Shown here piece by piece: positions 7,643 through 16,423 of a DNA stretch of 38,754 nucleotides; position 1 is the first letter of the stretch, and each line of letters begins with the position of its first letter. Below the pieces are notes generated by a model. The model searched no databases, was not told the origin of the DNA, and was given only the letters and a program-made list of their open reading frames with translations. A program made the position numbers and the translations under genes. Origin of the DNA: a virus (lineage: Duplodnaviria > Caudoviricetes); the IMG/VR virus record IMGVR_UViG_3300025277_000054, positions 1-38,754 of that record; one strand, 5' to 3'.

Positions 7643-8791
7643 CTATCCATCCAGAAGGCGTCGAACCAGGCCGACCGCATCGTCTGTGGTCGCACCGCTC
7701 CGACTGACACGTTGCCTCGCCTCAGCTACATCATCGCCAGCCTGCGCCCGTCGCCGCGTCGGGGAAGTTCCCGGTCGCTGCACCTTCGGCAGACCTTTGA
7801 GCTTTTTGGTGATCGTCTTGCGCTTGTCCTGCATGCCCCGATACCGCATGGCATCCCGAATCAGTAGAACCTGCCTGTGGTCAAACGCACCAATGACGAA
7901 CCCCGTTATCTCGTCTTGAGTGAAACCAACCTCGCCCAGGTATGTCGCCATACCAGTCTCGAAACCTTCGAGTTTTTCAGGGTCGGTCAGCTCCGGTACT
8001 TTCTCGACGAGCATCTGCTGCTGTGACTCACGAAATTGCGCCACTTCGGCTTGCTGCTCGTGTCCTTGTCGTTGGCGTTCAACTTCCTGCGCTTGGCGCT
8101 GACCTACTAAGGCTTCCCGCTGCGCATCCTGTTGTGCCTTGATTCGGACATACTCAGCCGGGTCTTCCGACGCGAGACGTTGCATGTCTTCTGCCGGATA
8201 CTCGACATCGAGCTGTTGGCTCAGTGTTGCAATCCGCTCATCAGCAGCCTGAAGTCGCTGCTGCAAAAGCTGTGAAGCCTGCCGCTTTTCGCCGTCAAAT
8301 TGACGCCGTTCGTCGGCAAGCGCTGTCGTCTTCTGGCGATAGTCCGCGTCCATCTGTTGGCCGTTCGCCGCATCGGCAAGGCTGACCATCTGAGTCTCGC
8401 CATTGATCCTGATCGGCATCTTGAGGTGAGAAGCCAACTCGGCCTCATCAATCCCAATCGCCTCAGCAAGACCTGAGAGAGTGTCAGGCAGTTCCTCACC
8501 GTCTTCGGTCGTTAGCTCAGTTGTCGCGTCATCATCAGTAGACGGTTCAACCGCTGGCTCATCGCCCTCGGTTGACCGTACCGGCTCCGCTTCCTGGTTG
8601 GCCGGTTCGGCTGGCGGTGTCTGCTCGGTTTTACTAGTTGGCCCTAGCTCAAGCTGGGGCTCCAAGCGAGCGGCAACCGCCTGTACTGCTTCTTCCTCGG
8701 TAGTCTCTACTCTTCCCTCAGCTCCCATACGCGGGTTGGCCTCGGTCGTCTCGGCTCCCTCTTCAGGGTTGGCCGCTGTTTCGTCTGACAT
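7643..8791 (-). CDS. Capsid scaffolding protein
   Basis: Acidic N-terminus, DYRQKT motif, coiled coil and DHR motif; directly upstream of the MCP. Confidence 0.85.
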   Translation of the reverse strand: MSDETAANPEEGAETTEANPRMGAEGRVETTEEEAVQAVAARLEPQLELGPTSKTEQTPPAEPANQEAEPVRSTEGDEPAVEPSTDDDATTELTTEDGEELPDTLSGLAEAIGIDEAELASHLKMPIRINGETQMVSLADAANGQQMDADYRQKTTALADERRQFDGEKRQASQLLQQRLQAADERIATLSQQLDVEYPAEDMQRLASEDPAEYVRIKAQQDAQREALVGQRQAQEVERQRQGHEQQAEVAQFRESQQQMLVEKVPELTDPEKLEGFETGMATYLGEVGFTQDEITGFVIGAFDHRQVLLIRDAMRYRGMQDKRKTITKKLKGLPKVQRPGTSPTRRRAQAGDDVAEARQRVSRSGATTDDAVGLVRRLLDG

Positions 8792-8804
8792 GGTTTCTCC
8801 ATAG

Positions 8805-8836
8805 AAAAAAGCCCCTCTGGCTAAAGAGCGGCTTTT
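8805..8836 (-). terminator. Terminator-like hairpin immediately upstream of the scaffold RBS
   Basis: Minus strand AAAAGCCGCTCT-ttagcc-AGAGGGGCTTTTTT. Confidence 0.65.
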
Positions 8837-9043
8837 GTGGGTGCGTCACTCAGACGCGCTAAAATTCTAGGTACAAACACTCATGGACATACGCAGGAGG
8901 GCACTCAGTGCCGCTCTACGGGGGTCGATTCTCACTGAACTACTGGATTCGGACGTAAATTATGTTATATGTAGGTTTCGGCATTTGAACTTCAGCTTGT
9001 GCGCCGTGGCATCCCGCCTAAAGCACTAAAGAGGAGAAATCAC

Positions 9044-9247
9044 ATGACTAAAAAAGTTAAGCATACCGAGGAGAACGTCCTCGGAGTTTATTGGGATAAA
9101 GCCAGTGGTAAAATCGTGCCCTTTTGGGAAGACAACGAACCGTGGCATGTGCAGCAGTGGACGGAAAACTGGGGCAAGAACGTCACGAGCCTGACGATGG
9201 CTGGCGCTCCTCGCCCTGTTGTGCCGCCGAAATCCCAAGAAGGATAA
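9044..9247 (+). CDS. Small convergent protein (67 aa); candidate immunity/exclusion protein
   Basis: Strong GAGGAG RBS before ATG 9044, AT-rich TGnTATAT promoter-like segment near 8960-8972, and overlap with the 3' end of the 818-aa gene on the opposite strand. Confidence 0.65.
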   Translation: MTKKVKHTEENVLGVYWDKASGKIVPFWEDNEPWHVQQWTENWGKNVTSLTMAGAPRPVVPPKSQEG

Positions 9248-11639
9248 ACCCGGTCGCAGGGAGAACACCCTTCGACATATCTTTCATCAATCTATCAACC
9301 CAGCCGGGGCCAGAGGCGACGATGCGTCTGAATAGCTCCAAGTCTTTGCGCCCCGGCCCAAATATCTTTGCCAAGTCTTTATCGCGCTCGATATAGTTCA
9401 GAGCAATATCTCCAAGATATGGGTTCCTGTTCATCGCCGACCTGATTTCCGGCGTGGCGTTAATTGCATCTGTGACTATTTTTGTTACAGCACCCGAACC
9501 TTCGCCCTTCTCCCACGCATCAGACAGAAACACGGCGACTGAATCAACACTCGCGCGTTTGACGGTTTCCACATCTGGGCGGACAGCTTTCAAGTCGCTC
9601 AACAAACTTGCCATCTCTTTTGTCGATGGCGTGTGTGCCTCGCCGCCAAAGTTGGTCAGCGTTGCACCGTCACCCGTATCGGCAACATCGTCGTAGCCGT
9701 ATTTCTGGGCGACATTTCTGAAATCAACTGCCTGTTGTGGCGTTAACTTCGAAAGCAAACTGACCCGAACAGCGTTCCTATCACTGATACGACCGCTTTC
9801 GGTCACAATATGTGCCGACGAAATATCCTGACCGCTCAGTCCACCTCTCAACGCCTCGACCGCTTCGACGATCTTGCGATCTGCCGGGGCGATAGTTTTT
9901 GGTAAAGCACCACTGGTTTGCAAACCCACCAAAGGTCGAGCCACCTCACCAGGGTTCAGCTCAAGCTGCTTCAGGGTATTCTCATAGACACCTTGCATCG
10001 GGATCGTTGGCTGCACACGCATGGCAATGCCCGTTGGCCCACTCGGTCCTTCATAGGTCAAACCGGCATAAGGAGCATCCCGTCCTCCCGGTGCCGTCGC
10101 AAACGACCCACGAGGATCGGTGCCAATAACATCCCGCTGCGCCTGTGTTGCCGTAGCCATCTGCGGCAAATGCCCAGTGCTGGTTCCCGGTATTGTTTCA
10201 TGGGTGGCGTACAACGTATGTTTCGGGAAATAATCACCAATGGTTCTGTTAGCTTCATCGAACGCCAGCTTACGAGCAGCCGTTTCGATGGCCTCGGCAC
10301 TGAAATCATTTCGCCCCTCGGCTGTCATTTGCGTGATGGCATTTTTGACATATCGCTTCTTGCTTATTTCAAAGAGGGCATCAGCTTTCTGGGCAACCCA
10401 GCCCGCTGCCTGGATTTCCTGACCTGTCCAATTCGACCGACCACCAAGATTTCTCGCGTTGGCACGCTCCACAGCCAGCGCCGTCTCATAATCAATAAAT
10501 GTATGTTGAGCCTTGGTTAAGGTGCCACGAAACGGTGAGCCATCTGCTTCCCTATAACCCATCTCATTAGCCCAGCGGAAATCATTGACGCCGGTTGCAA
10601 GTAAGCGGCTTTGGTATGGGTAAATCTTTTCCGCATATTCACCGGTCTTTTCCCCCAACTGAAGAGCGGATGTATCACTCAAAGCGGCTGCGTCGAGCAG
10701 CGCTTGATGCTGTGCCTGTCGTGCAGCCTTCGTCGGCATACCGGCAAGGATGCCACTCGTTTCCTTCAATGCAAAACCAAGTTCAGAGCCGGGGTCTACT
10801 CCCGCAGAGAATTGTGCCTGAGTGTCAGCCATCCACCTGGCAGGCGTCACCGCACCGCCAGTTACACGGCGAACATCAGACCGATATCGTTTGTACCAAT
10901 CGCCGCCTTCCAAACCGGCATCGATATTGGCGTCCAGCTCTTTACGCATTTTTGTTAACGCCTGCCAACTTTTGATGTTAGCCGGTCCACCAATAAACTT
11001 GCCCGGCGACTGCTTCCCTGCCCGGATGAGATGCGGCTGTGAGCTGGCTTGGGTCAGTGCCTTGTTGAGCGGCATTTTTCTGATGTCTGGCACTTCAGAC
11101 ATATTCTTGAAACTGAGCGTAAACCCACGGTTTTTCAACGCAGCTTTACCAAGAAGTTTACCGGCTCCTGTGAGGGAGCCAGGTACGCCAGCGACTGCCA
11201 ACGTACCCATTAGATTTGTGCCCATCCACTCGCCGAGCGGTACAGATTCTTCAGTGCCCCTAATCGCGTTAACGTGTTGCGCGATAGCTCGATAGACAGC
11301 TTCCGCACCAGTATCCCTACCGATACGTCGCAAGTTCTGCTCGGCGTATTTATCAAGGCCCAGCCGATCCAAAAGTCTAGAAGGCAGGGTTTGGTCAGGA
11401 CCGGCTCTCAATGATCCAAACCCTGCCGCAGCCGCATCAGGACCGGCTCTCAACGATTGCGGCTGCGGAAGATTCCTCAGCCACTGCGTTGCTGCTCGCT
11501 CTTTCTCTTCCTTCAATTGCGCCGCCGCACGCCGTTGAAACAGCTGACCTCGTGTTGGCTCCAGCAACGATGACCGCCGCGGCAAAAATGACGCGTTACG
11601 CCCAGTTCTTTGATAGTATGCACCTAAAGGATCAGGCAT
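9183..11639 (-). CDS. Large polyvalent-type / putative virion cargo protein
   Basis: 818 aa between portal and scaffold. The central motifs GDWY, GEKTGEY, GVND and WTGQEIQAAGW recall the DUF7178-like domain of phage polyvalent proteins (from memory). Confidence 0.6.
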   Translation of the reverse strand: MPDPLGAYYQRTGRNASFLPRRSSLLEPTRGQLFQRRAAAQLKEEKERAATQWLRNLPQPQSLRAGPDAAAAGFGSLRAGPDQTLPSRLLDRLGLDKYAEQNLRRIGRDTGAEAVYRAIAQHVNAIRGTEESVPLGEWMGTNLMGTLAVAGVPGSLTGAGKLLGKAALKNRGFTLSFKNMSEVPDIRKMPLNKALTQASSQPHLIRAGKQSPGKFIGGPANIKSWQALTKMRKELDANIDAGLEGGDWYKRYRSDVRRVTGGAVTPARWMADTQAQFSAGVDPGSELGFALKETSGILAGMPTKAARQAQHQALLDAAALSDTSALQLGEKTGEYAEKIYPYQSRLLATGVNDFRWANEMGYREADGSPFRGTLTKAQHTFIDYETALAVERANARNLGGRSNWTGQEIQAAGWVAQKADALFEISKKRYVKNAITQMTAEGRNDFSAEAIETAARKLAFDEANRTIGDYFPKHTLYATHETIPGTSTGHLPQMATATQAQRDVIGTDPRGSFATAPGGRDAPYAGLTYEGPSGPTGIAMRVQPTIPMQGVYENTLKQLELNPGEVARPLVGLQTSGALPKTIAPADRKIVEAVEALRGGLSGQDISSAHIVTESGRISDRNAVRVSLLSKLTPQQAVDFRNVAQKYGYDDVADTGDGATLTNFGGEAHTPSTKEMASLLSDLKAVRPDVETVKRASVDSVAVFLSDAWEKGEGSGAVTKIVTDAINATPEIRSAMNRNPYLGDIALNYIERDKDLAKIFGPGRKDLELFRRIVASGPGWVDRLMKDMSKGVLPATGFILLGISAAQQGEERQPSSGS
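11395..11457. repeat. 21-nt intragenic direct repeat (SLRAGPD x2)
   Basis: tcaggaccggctctcaa(t/c)gat at 11395-11415 and 11437-11457. Confidence 0.85.
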
Positions 11640-11659
11640 TCTCTATTCCCCAGGCAGAC

Positions 11660-11974
11660 CTATGCACTGCGTCTGAGCAGCCGCAGGCGTTTGCGCCTTT
11701 CCTCAATGTCGCTGATCTGCTTCAGGGCCAGCTTGCCAGTTTCAACATGCGTGGCGAATATCTTCTCGAAGCGATTGACGACGCCGATCATGATGCGAAG
11801 GTTTTCACGTCCCTTCACATCATCAATCGGTGACGATTCCCACTGCTCATGACACCAATCCCTAATCTCGGAAATGGCGTCAGTGAACAGATCATCCTCA
11901 AGCATCCGGGCAGCACGATGCGCCCGATCACTCTCGACCCTAAGCTGCGGTTCATGGTCTTCGGCTGCACTCAA
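11660..11974 (-). CDS. Conserved small head-module protein
   Basis: AARMLED...W...D...RE...VETGKLA pattern of the gene that follows the portal. Confidence 0.75.
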   Translation of the reverse strand: MSAAEDHEPQLRVESDRAHRAARMLEDDLFTDAISEIRDWCHEQWESSPIDDVKGRENLRIMIGVVNRFEKIFATHVETGKLALKQISDIEERRKRLRLLRRSA

Positions 11975-12142
11975 CTAGTATGCCCCCGCCATCCCCGGCT
12001 CCTTCTTACCACCGGATTTCTTACCGGGGTTTGCCTTACCATTGTTGAGCCGTGACTCTTCCACATTGGCGGTGCCGTCCTTCCCCCAGCTTACTTCTTT
12101 GATCTCCGTAACACTTGTTGAAGGCTTCGTATTTATTGCCAT
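11975..12142 (-). CDS. Hypothetical 55-aa Lys/Gly-rich protein
   Basis: Manual translation MAINTKPSTSVTEIKEVSWGKD...EPGMAGAY; AAGGAG RBS; abuts the next gene. Confidence 0.55.
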   Translation of the reverse strand: MAINTKPSTSVTEIKEVSWGKDGTANVEESRLNNGKANPGKKSGGKKEPGMAGAY

Positions 12143-12244
12143 CCATCGTCTCCTTAATGCGGCAAAGATGAACGCCTCATCTACCGCTGCAATGCCGCCT
12201 CTTCGACGGCTTCTCCACCAGAAAAGTCCAGTGGCACAACCTCA

Positions 12245-14386
12245 CTAATTGTCGATATCGATTTCAACCGTTACTGGCTCACCGCCATTACCGGCCGCTG
12301 GCCCACTGACTCCAGATGCGGCAAGACGCGCCTGCGCCTCGGCATCCTTGATCTGCACCGTCGCCTCGACTTCCTGGCGCTTGAGTTCGAGCTGCTGCAT
12401 CTTGTACTCATGATTCATACGCATCTCTTCAATCTTCAGCGTATGCTCCTGCTGCAACTTGGCCTGCTCGATCTGCATCTCCTGTGACAGCTCAGCCTGC
12501 TTGTTCTGCTGCTTGCCCTGCAACTCAGCTTGCGCGATCTGCATCTTGCCCTGGGCCTCGATCATTGCCGGATCAGGCTGCTGCTGTTGCTGCTGCTGTT
12601 GCTGTTGCTGTTGCGGGTCTGCCGGGTCGAGCCAGTAGGCATCGGGGTCTTTCAGACCAGCCGAGATTGTCCATTTTTTTAGCGCGTTGTGCACCTTGGC
12701 GGCATCTACAATCGGACCCTGAACACCGCCTTGCAACGTGATGGCCTGAACCTGCATCTCGATCATGCGCTGCGCCAGCATGACCTGCTGTTCCTTGGTG
12801 CCGTGGCCGAGGCCGACCGTCACCGTCATATCCATCTCGGCGTTCCACGACCGTGGGTCCATCGGCACCCACTGGTTGCGCAGGCGGATGACATCTGGCT
12901 CAGTCTGATGATTGATGAGTAAACGCAGGATTTTCTTGAAAGCCTTCTTGAAGCCAGTCTCGGCCATCAGCCGGGCGATCAGCAGCTGGCGTGCCTGCGC
13001 CTGCCCCATGATCTGGTTGATGCCGGTCGCCGTCTTGTTCAGAGAACTGGCGTCTAGACCCTGATTGTATCGCGTGATGCCGGTGCGGGTTTCCCTGACC
13101 GTATCCAGATATTCAAGAACCGGAAATGCGTAAGACCCGAGCGACTGCGTCGTCAACGGCATCACAGCGCTGCTCGGGTCCAATCCCCCCTCGACGCGAA
13201 CCAGACCACCAGGCCTGTTCGTCAGCATATCATCGAGGTTAACCCTTTCATTGACGACATACCGGTTGGAATTGACCCCATACATGTTAGTCAAAAGTTG
13301 GCGCAAAACCGTCGAACGGATCAACTGGATGTCCATTACCAGGTCGGCGAGAGAGCGACCGAAATGCTTATGCGGCATTCTGATCGGCGTCATATCGATG
13401 AACGGATGATCGTCAACCAGCTCGTTCTCAAGAATCTTGTAACCCGGCCCCGCCGTGGTCACAGCCCGCATCTCTCCAAGACCATCGCCATCGTAGTCGA
13501 CCTTCAGATAGCATTCGTATAACCAGATTTCGCGCATCGACGGGTCACGCACTTCATCATGCTGATCCGGCCATTCCTCGTCCTGGGCATAACGTGCGAC
13601 GCGCTCCTCGTTGTAGTTCTGCTCATCATGGCTCGGTAGCCCTTCGACCACCTTCTTCGAATAACCCATCTCAAGCAGCTCAGTGACCGTCTTCTTGACC
13701 TTGTGACAGGTGAAAGTCGCTTCATCGAGCGAGGTCGCCCGCCGCGAAATCAGGAACTCTTCAGGCGGAATGCAGACGATGCGGCAACGCCCCTTCGTCT
13801 CGGTATGCTTGATGGTGATGTCAAACAACAAGCCGTCCGGTGCAAACTCAAGCAGTTCAGGCGGCACCTCAACCGCTTCCTGCTCGATGATCTCGATCTG
13901 CTTGTCTTCCTCGAACTCGATCAGCTTCGCCAGGTTGACGTTGGTCAGTGTCTCGCGGCGCGTGTGTTCGTGATCTTCCCACCAGATTTTTAGGTAAGAC
14001 TGCTTCTGAAGCAGAGCATCTTTGATAAAATCGTATGTGGTGCCAAAGCCATCGTTGTAGGATGCCTTGAACCAGATATGGTTTATGTACTGGGTTGCCT
14101 GCTTGGCGGCGTCCTCATCTTCCAGGCCGACCGGCTCGAACCTGACCGCCTCTTCACCCGAACCGAATATTTCCATCAGCGATGGCATGGCGCTCTCGAT
14201 GACGTCCTGCACGTCGGTCATAACAGCCGAGGACTCATCTTCATTTTCATTGCCGAACGGCTCGCCGAGGTAATACTCCATCGACTTGCGGCGCTGCTGG
14301 CTGATCTCGCCACCGACAAATGTGGCGCTTGCCTGGACTTCTCCCTTGATAATGCCGATGAGGTCGGCTTCGGTCATCTTAGCCAT
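12245..14386 (-). CDS. Portal protein
   Basis: 713 aa; YYLGEPFGNE, DVQDVIESAMPSLMEIF, IPPEEFLISR, ETRTGITRYNQGLD and VTVGLGHG; Gln-rich C-terminal barrel. Confidence 0.93.
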   Translation of the reverse strand: MAKMTEADLIGIIKGEVQASATFVGGEISQQRRKSMEYYLGEPFGNENEDESSAVMTDVQDVIESAMPSLMEIFGSGEEAVRFEPVGLEDEDAAKQATQYINHIWFKASYNDGFGTTYDFIKDALLQKQSYLKIWWEDHEHTRRETLTNVNLAKLIEFEEDKQIEIIEQEAVEVPPELLEFAPDGLLFDITIKHTETKGRCRIVCIPPEEFLISRRATSLDEATFTCHKVKKTVTELLEMGYSKKVVEGLPSHDEQNYNEERVARYAQDEEWPDQHDEVRDPSMREIWLYECYLKVDYDGDGLGEMRAVTTAGPGYKILENELVDDHPFIDMTPIRMPHKHFGRSLADLVMDIQLIRSTVLRQLLTNMYGVNSNRYVVNERVNLDDMLTNRPGGLVRVEGGLDPSSAVMPLTTQSLGSYAFPVLEYLDTVRETRTGITRYNQGLDASSLNKTATGINQIMGQAQARQLLIARLMAETGFKKAFKKILRLLINHQTEPDVIRLRNQWVPMDPRSWNAEMDMTVTVGLGHGTKEQQVMLAQRMIEMQVQAITLQGGVQGPIVDAAKVHNALKKWTISAGLKDPDAYWLDPADPQQQQQQQQQQQQPDPAMIEAQGKMQIAQAELQGKQQNKQAELSQEMQIEQAKLQQEHTLKIEEMRMNHEYKMQQLELKRQEVEATVQIKDAEAQARLAASGVSGPAAGNGGEPVTVEIDIDN

Positions 14387-14398
14387 CAGCTGATCCTC

Positions 14399-14425
14399 AA
14401 AAAAATGACGGGCCGAAGCCCGCCA
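14399..14425 (-). terminator. Rho-independent terminator directly before the portal RBS
   Basis: Minus strand TGGCGGGC-TTCG-GCCCGTCA-TTTTTTT. Confidence 0.8.
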
Positions 14426-14447
14426 AGTTCAGGGAGGTAAACTTGAT

Positions 14448-14639
14448 TCATTGGTCACCTTCATCATGGCATCGAGCACACCGCTGTCCGACCATGCCTG
14501 TCATCGCCGTGACGCAAAACGCGACCGGGCAAATTCCGAAATTGCCCTCGATGCCACCTTCAATCTCGATGTAAAACGGTTCATCGTAGACCGAGTACGT
14601 CGGTTCATACAGCATGTTCAGTGATGAAGGCTTGCGCAT
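14448..14639 (-). CDS. Small Cys-containing hypothetical protein
   Basis: ORF in the operon; the likely start is the Met near 14615; CxxxxC and CxxC. Confidence 0.45.
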   Translation of the reverse strand: MRKPSSLNMLYEPTYSVYDEPFYIEIEGGIEGNFGICPVAFCVTAMTGMVGQRCARCHDEGDQ

Positions 14640-14859
14640 CGACCTTCTTCATCCAGTGACCGTTCAGCCGCGCACCAGTCTCGTTGACTACGTCCCAGCG
14701 ACCAAACCCCACATGCTTAATTCTCAGCGGGCCAACATGCTCGTTGCCGGTCGCATGGGTCTCAACGTGAGCCTCGGGCACATCACCCTTCACGCGGCTT
14801 TCAAGTGCATCCATCCGCTCTTCCAGACGCTGAATCTGGATCGCCATTTTCATGCTCAT
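14605..14859 (-). CDS. Hypothetical protein
   Basis: 84 aa, coupled to the upstream gene; KHVGFGRWDV motif. Confidence 0.6.
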   Translation of the reverse strand: MSMKMAIQIQRLEERMDALESRVKGDVPEAHVETHATGNEHVGPLRIKHVGFGRWDVVNETGARLNGHWMKKVDAQAFITEHAV

Positions 14860-15608
14860 CAGTAGCCACCTGGGTCGCCATAGCCACCAAAGCCTTGGTC
14901 AAACTCATTGCGGGGGTCATAACCGCCGCCGTTTTGTCCGCCAGCCTGTGCAGCGTCAAAAGCCTGCCCACCAAATTCCGCCGGATGCGGTTCGTAGACA
15001 CTCGACAAACTAGGCGGCGGATCGGGAACACGAGGCACACCGGGGCTGAACTCGGGCACAAAATCACTCACAGCACCCGGCCCGTATGATTGGGTTAGTC
15101 CCTGATTTCTTATCAGTGCATCGCGGTGCGCCACCTCGTCGAGCCTGGCATGTTCAAATGGACTGAAACCCGAAAGAAGGCTTCTTGTCTTACCCTCTGG
15201 CAAAAACTTATCCACCAGAAATCCCACCGGGAATGCAAAAGGCAGTGCTTTTTGAGCAAATTGCGCCCCCTTCAAACCTCTCCATAATGTTTCTTTATCC
15301 AGCCTGTCGGCAAGCAGGTCTGCCCGATATTTTTCCCTTGCGGCATGATCTGCTCTGAACTCACGTTCCCGATCAGGCGCACCCATGCCCGGCGGCTCAT
15401 ACCCCGGTAACAACCAAGGCGGAATCGTTTGTGGATACGCCTGTGGCACCTGCCCTGGCTGCTGCTGATACGCAACCTGTGCCGGTGCGACAGGTGGCGC
15501 AGGCGCGCCAAATTGCGGGTTCGCCACCTGCTGCTGAAAGGCAAGATAGGCTGGAGATACAGCCTCTAGCCTGGGGTCGGGTAAGACGGGATCAAGCAGA
15601 GACACCAT
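14859..15608 (-). CDS. Pro/Gln/Gly-rich hypothetical protein (possible internal virion protein)
   Basis: 249-aa low-complexity ORF starting MVSLLDP; coupled on both sides. Confidence 0.6.
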   Translation of the reverse strand: MVSLLDPVLPDPRLEAVSPAYLAFQQQVANPQFGAPAPPVAPAQVAYQQQPGQVPQAYPQTIPPWLLPGYEPPGMGAPDREREFRADHAAREKYRADLLADRLDKETLWRGLKGAQFAQKALPFAFPVGFLVDKFLPEGKTRSLLSGFSPFEHARLDEVAHRDALIRNQGLTQSYGPGAVSDFVPEFSPGVPRVPDPPPSLSSVYEPHPAEFGGQAFDAAQAGGQNGGGYDPRNEFDQGFGGYGDPGGY

Positions 15609-15808
15609 TACTTTTTGCCCTTGCTCTTCGCTGGCTTTTTCTTCTTCTCGTCGAAGTGCAGCCGCGCACAGCCGGGTTCAGTCTCCAGCTCAACCTTGCC
15701 GGTGTAAATCTCGCCGCCAATGCAAATCTCCAGACGGGCAGACTTCGGCAAGGCCACCAGTTCATGCGTCAGGCCACCAAGGTCACCGACATCAATGTTC
15801 TGTTTCAT
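15608..15808 (-). CDS. Hypothetical protein with a basic tail
   Basis: 66 aa; GGAG RBS. Confidence 0.55.
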   Translation of the reverse strand: MKQNIDVGDLGGLTHELVALPKSARLEICIGGEIYTGKVELETEPGCARLHFDEKKKKPAKSKGKK

Positions 15809-15827
15809 TCTGTAATCTCCAGAGAAG

Positions 15828-15857
15828 TTGCAAATTGTACTGTTATGGGATTAAGCT
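15828..15857 (+). promoter_or_regulatory. Putative sigma70 promoter
   Basis: TTGCAA-18 nt-TAAGCT upstream of a structured leader and a plus-strand gene. Confidence 0.4.
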
Positions 15858-15882
15858 GTCCTTTAATCGAAGAAAAACCATT

Positions 15883-16032
15883 GGTGTTCTTATCGGAGAG
15901 CTAGCCTTCGCGACCAAATAATGAAGGCACCGATTCGAAAGTGACATACTTGAACGGAGGCTGTGCGCACAGCGCCGGAATGGTTTCGGGGAAAGTTGGG
16001 GTGGTCTCCCGCTGCTTTCCGATAAGAACATC
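15883..16032 (+). ncRNA. Putative structured RNA / 5' leader
   Basis: tgttcttatcggagagc (15885-15901) pairs with gctttccgataagaaca (16014-16030); internal hairpins gccttc..gaaggc and gctgtg/cacagc. Confidence 0.45.
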
Positions 16033-16054
16033 ACGATATAAAAAGAGACACACC

Positions 16055-16423
16055 ATGCCACTTGATCAAACAACTCAACTCAAAGACGACGCCGCGCTGA
16101 CAGTCTTGCGCGATGCTGACGCCATGCTCGCAGAACCATGCGACTGGGTGCAGAACGATTACGTCACCAATCGAGGTCAGTGCCTTATGGGTGCCCTCAA
16201 CTGGTATCAACCATTCCCTTTGGGCGACAGTCATCCGATCTATATCGCCGCAATCCATCTCGCAAATGCGCTGCCGTCAGACTTCGACGACCTTCATAAC
16301 CGCGACGGTGAAATCGATCTGTACGCGACAATCGCCCAGTTCAACGACCACGAACGCACCACCTTTGCGGTCGTAAAGGGTGTAATCAAACGCGCTATCA
16401 AAACGAGGCTTGCTGAACTCTAA
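16055..16423 (+). CDS. DUF6197-like phage protein (antisense moron)
   Basis: WVQ, CLMGAL and FND...TT motifs; ATG at 16055; convergent with terL. Confidence 0.65.
   Translation: MPLDQTTQLKDDAALTVLRDADAMLAEPCDWVQNDYVTNRGQCLMGALNWYQPFPLGDSHPIYIAAIHLANALPSDFDDLHNRDGEIDLYATIAQFNDHERTTFAVVKGVIKRAIKTRLAEL

Noticed and set aside
15885-16030. Glycine riboswitch (GGAGAG...GAAGG)
   Set aside because: Lacks the CTCAGG element and the expected stem order; left as an unassigned structure
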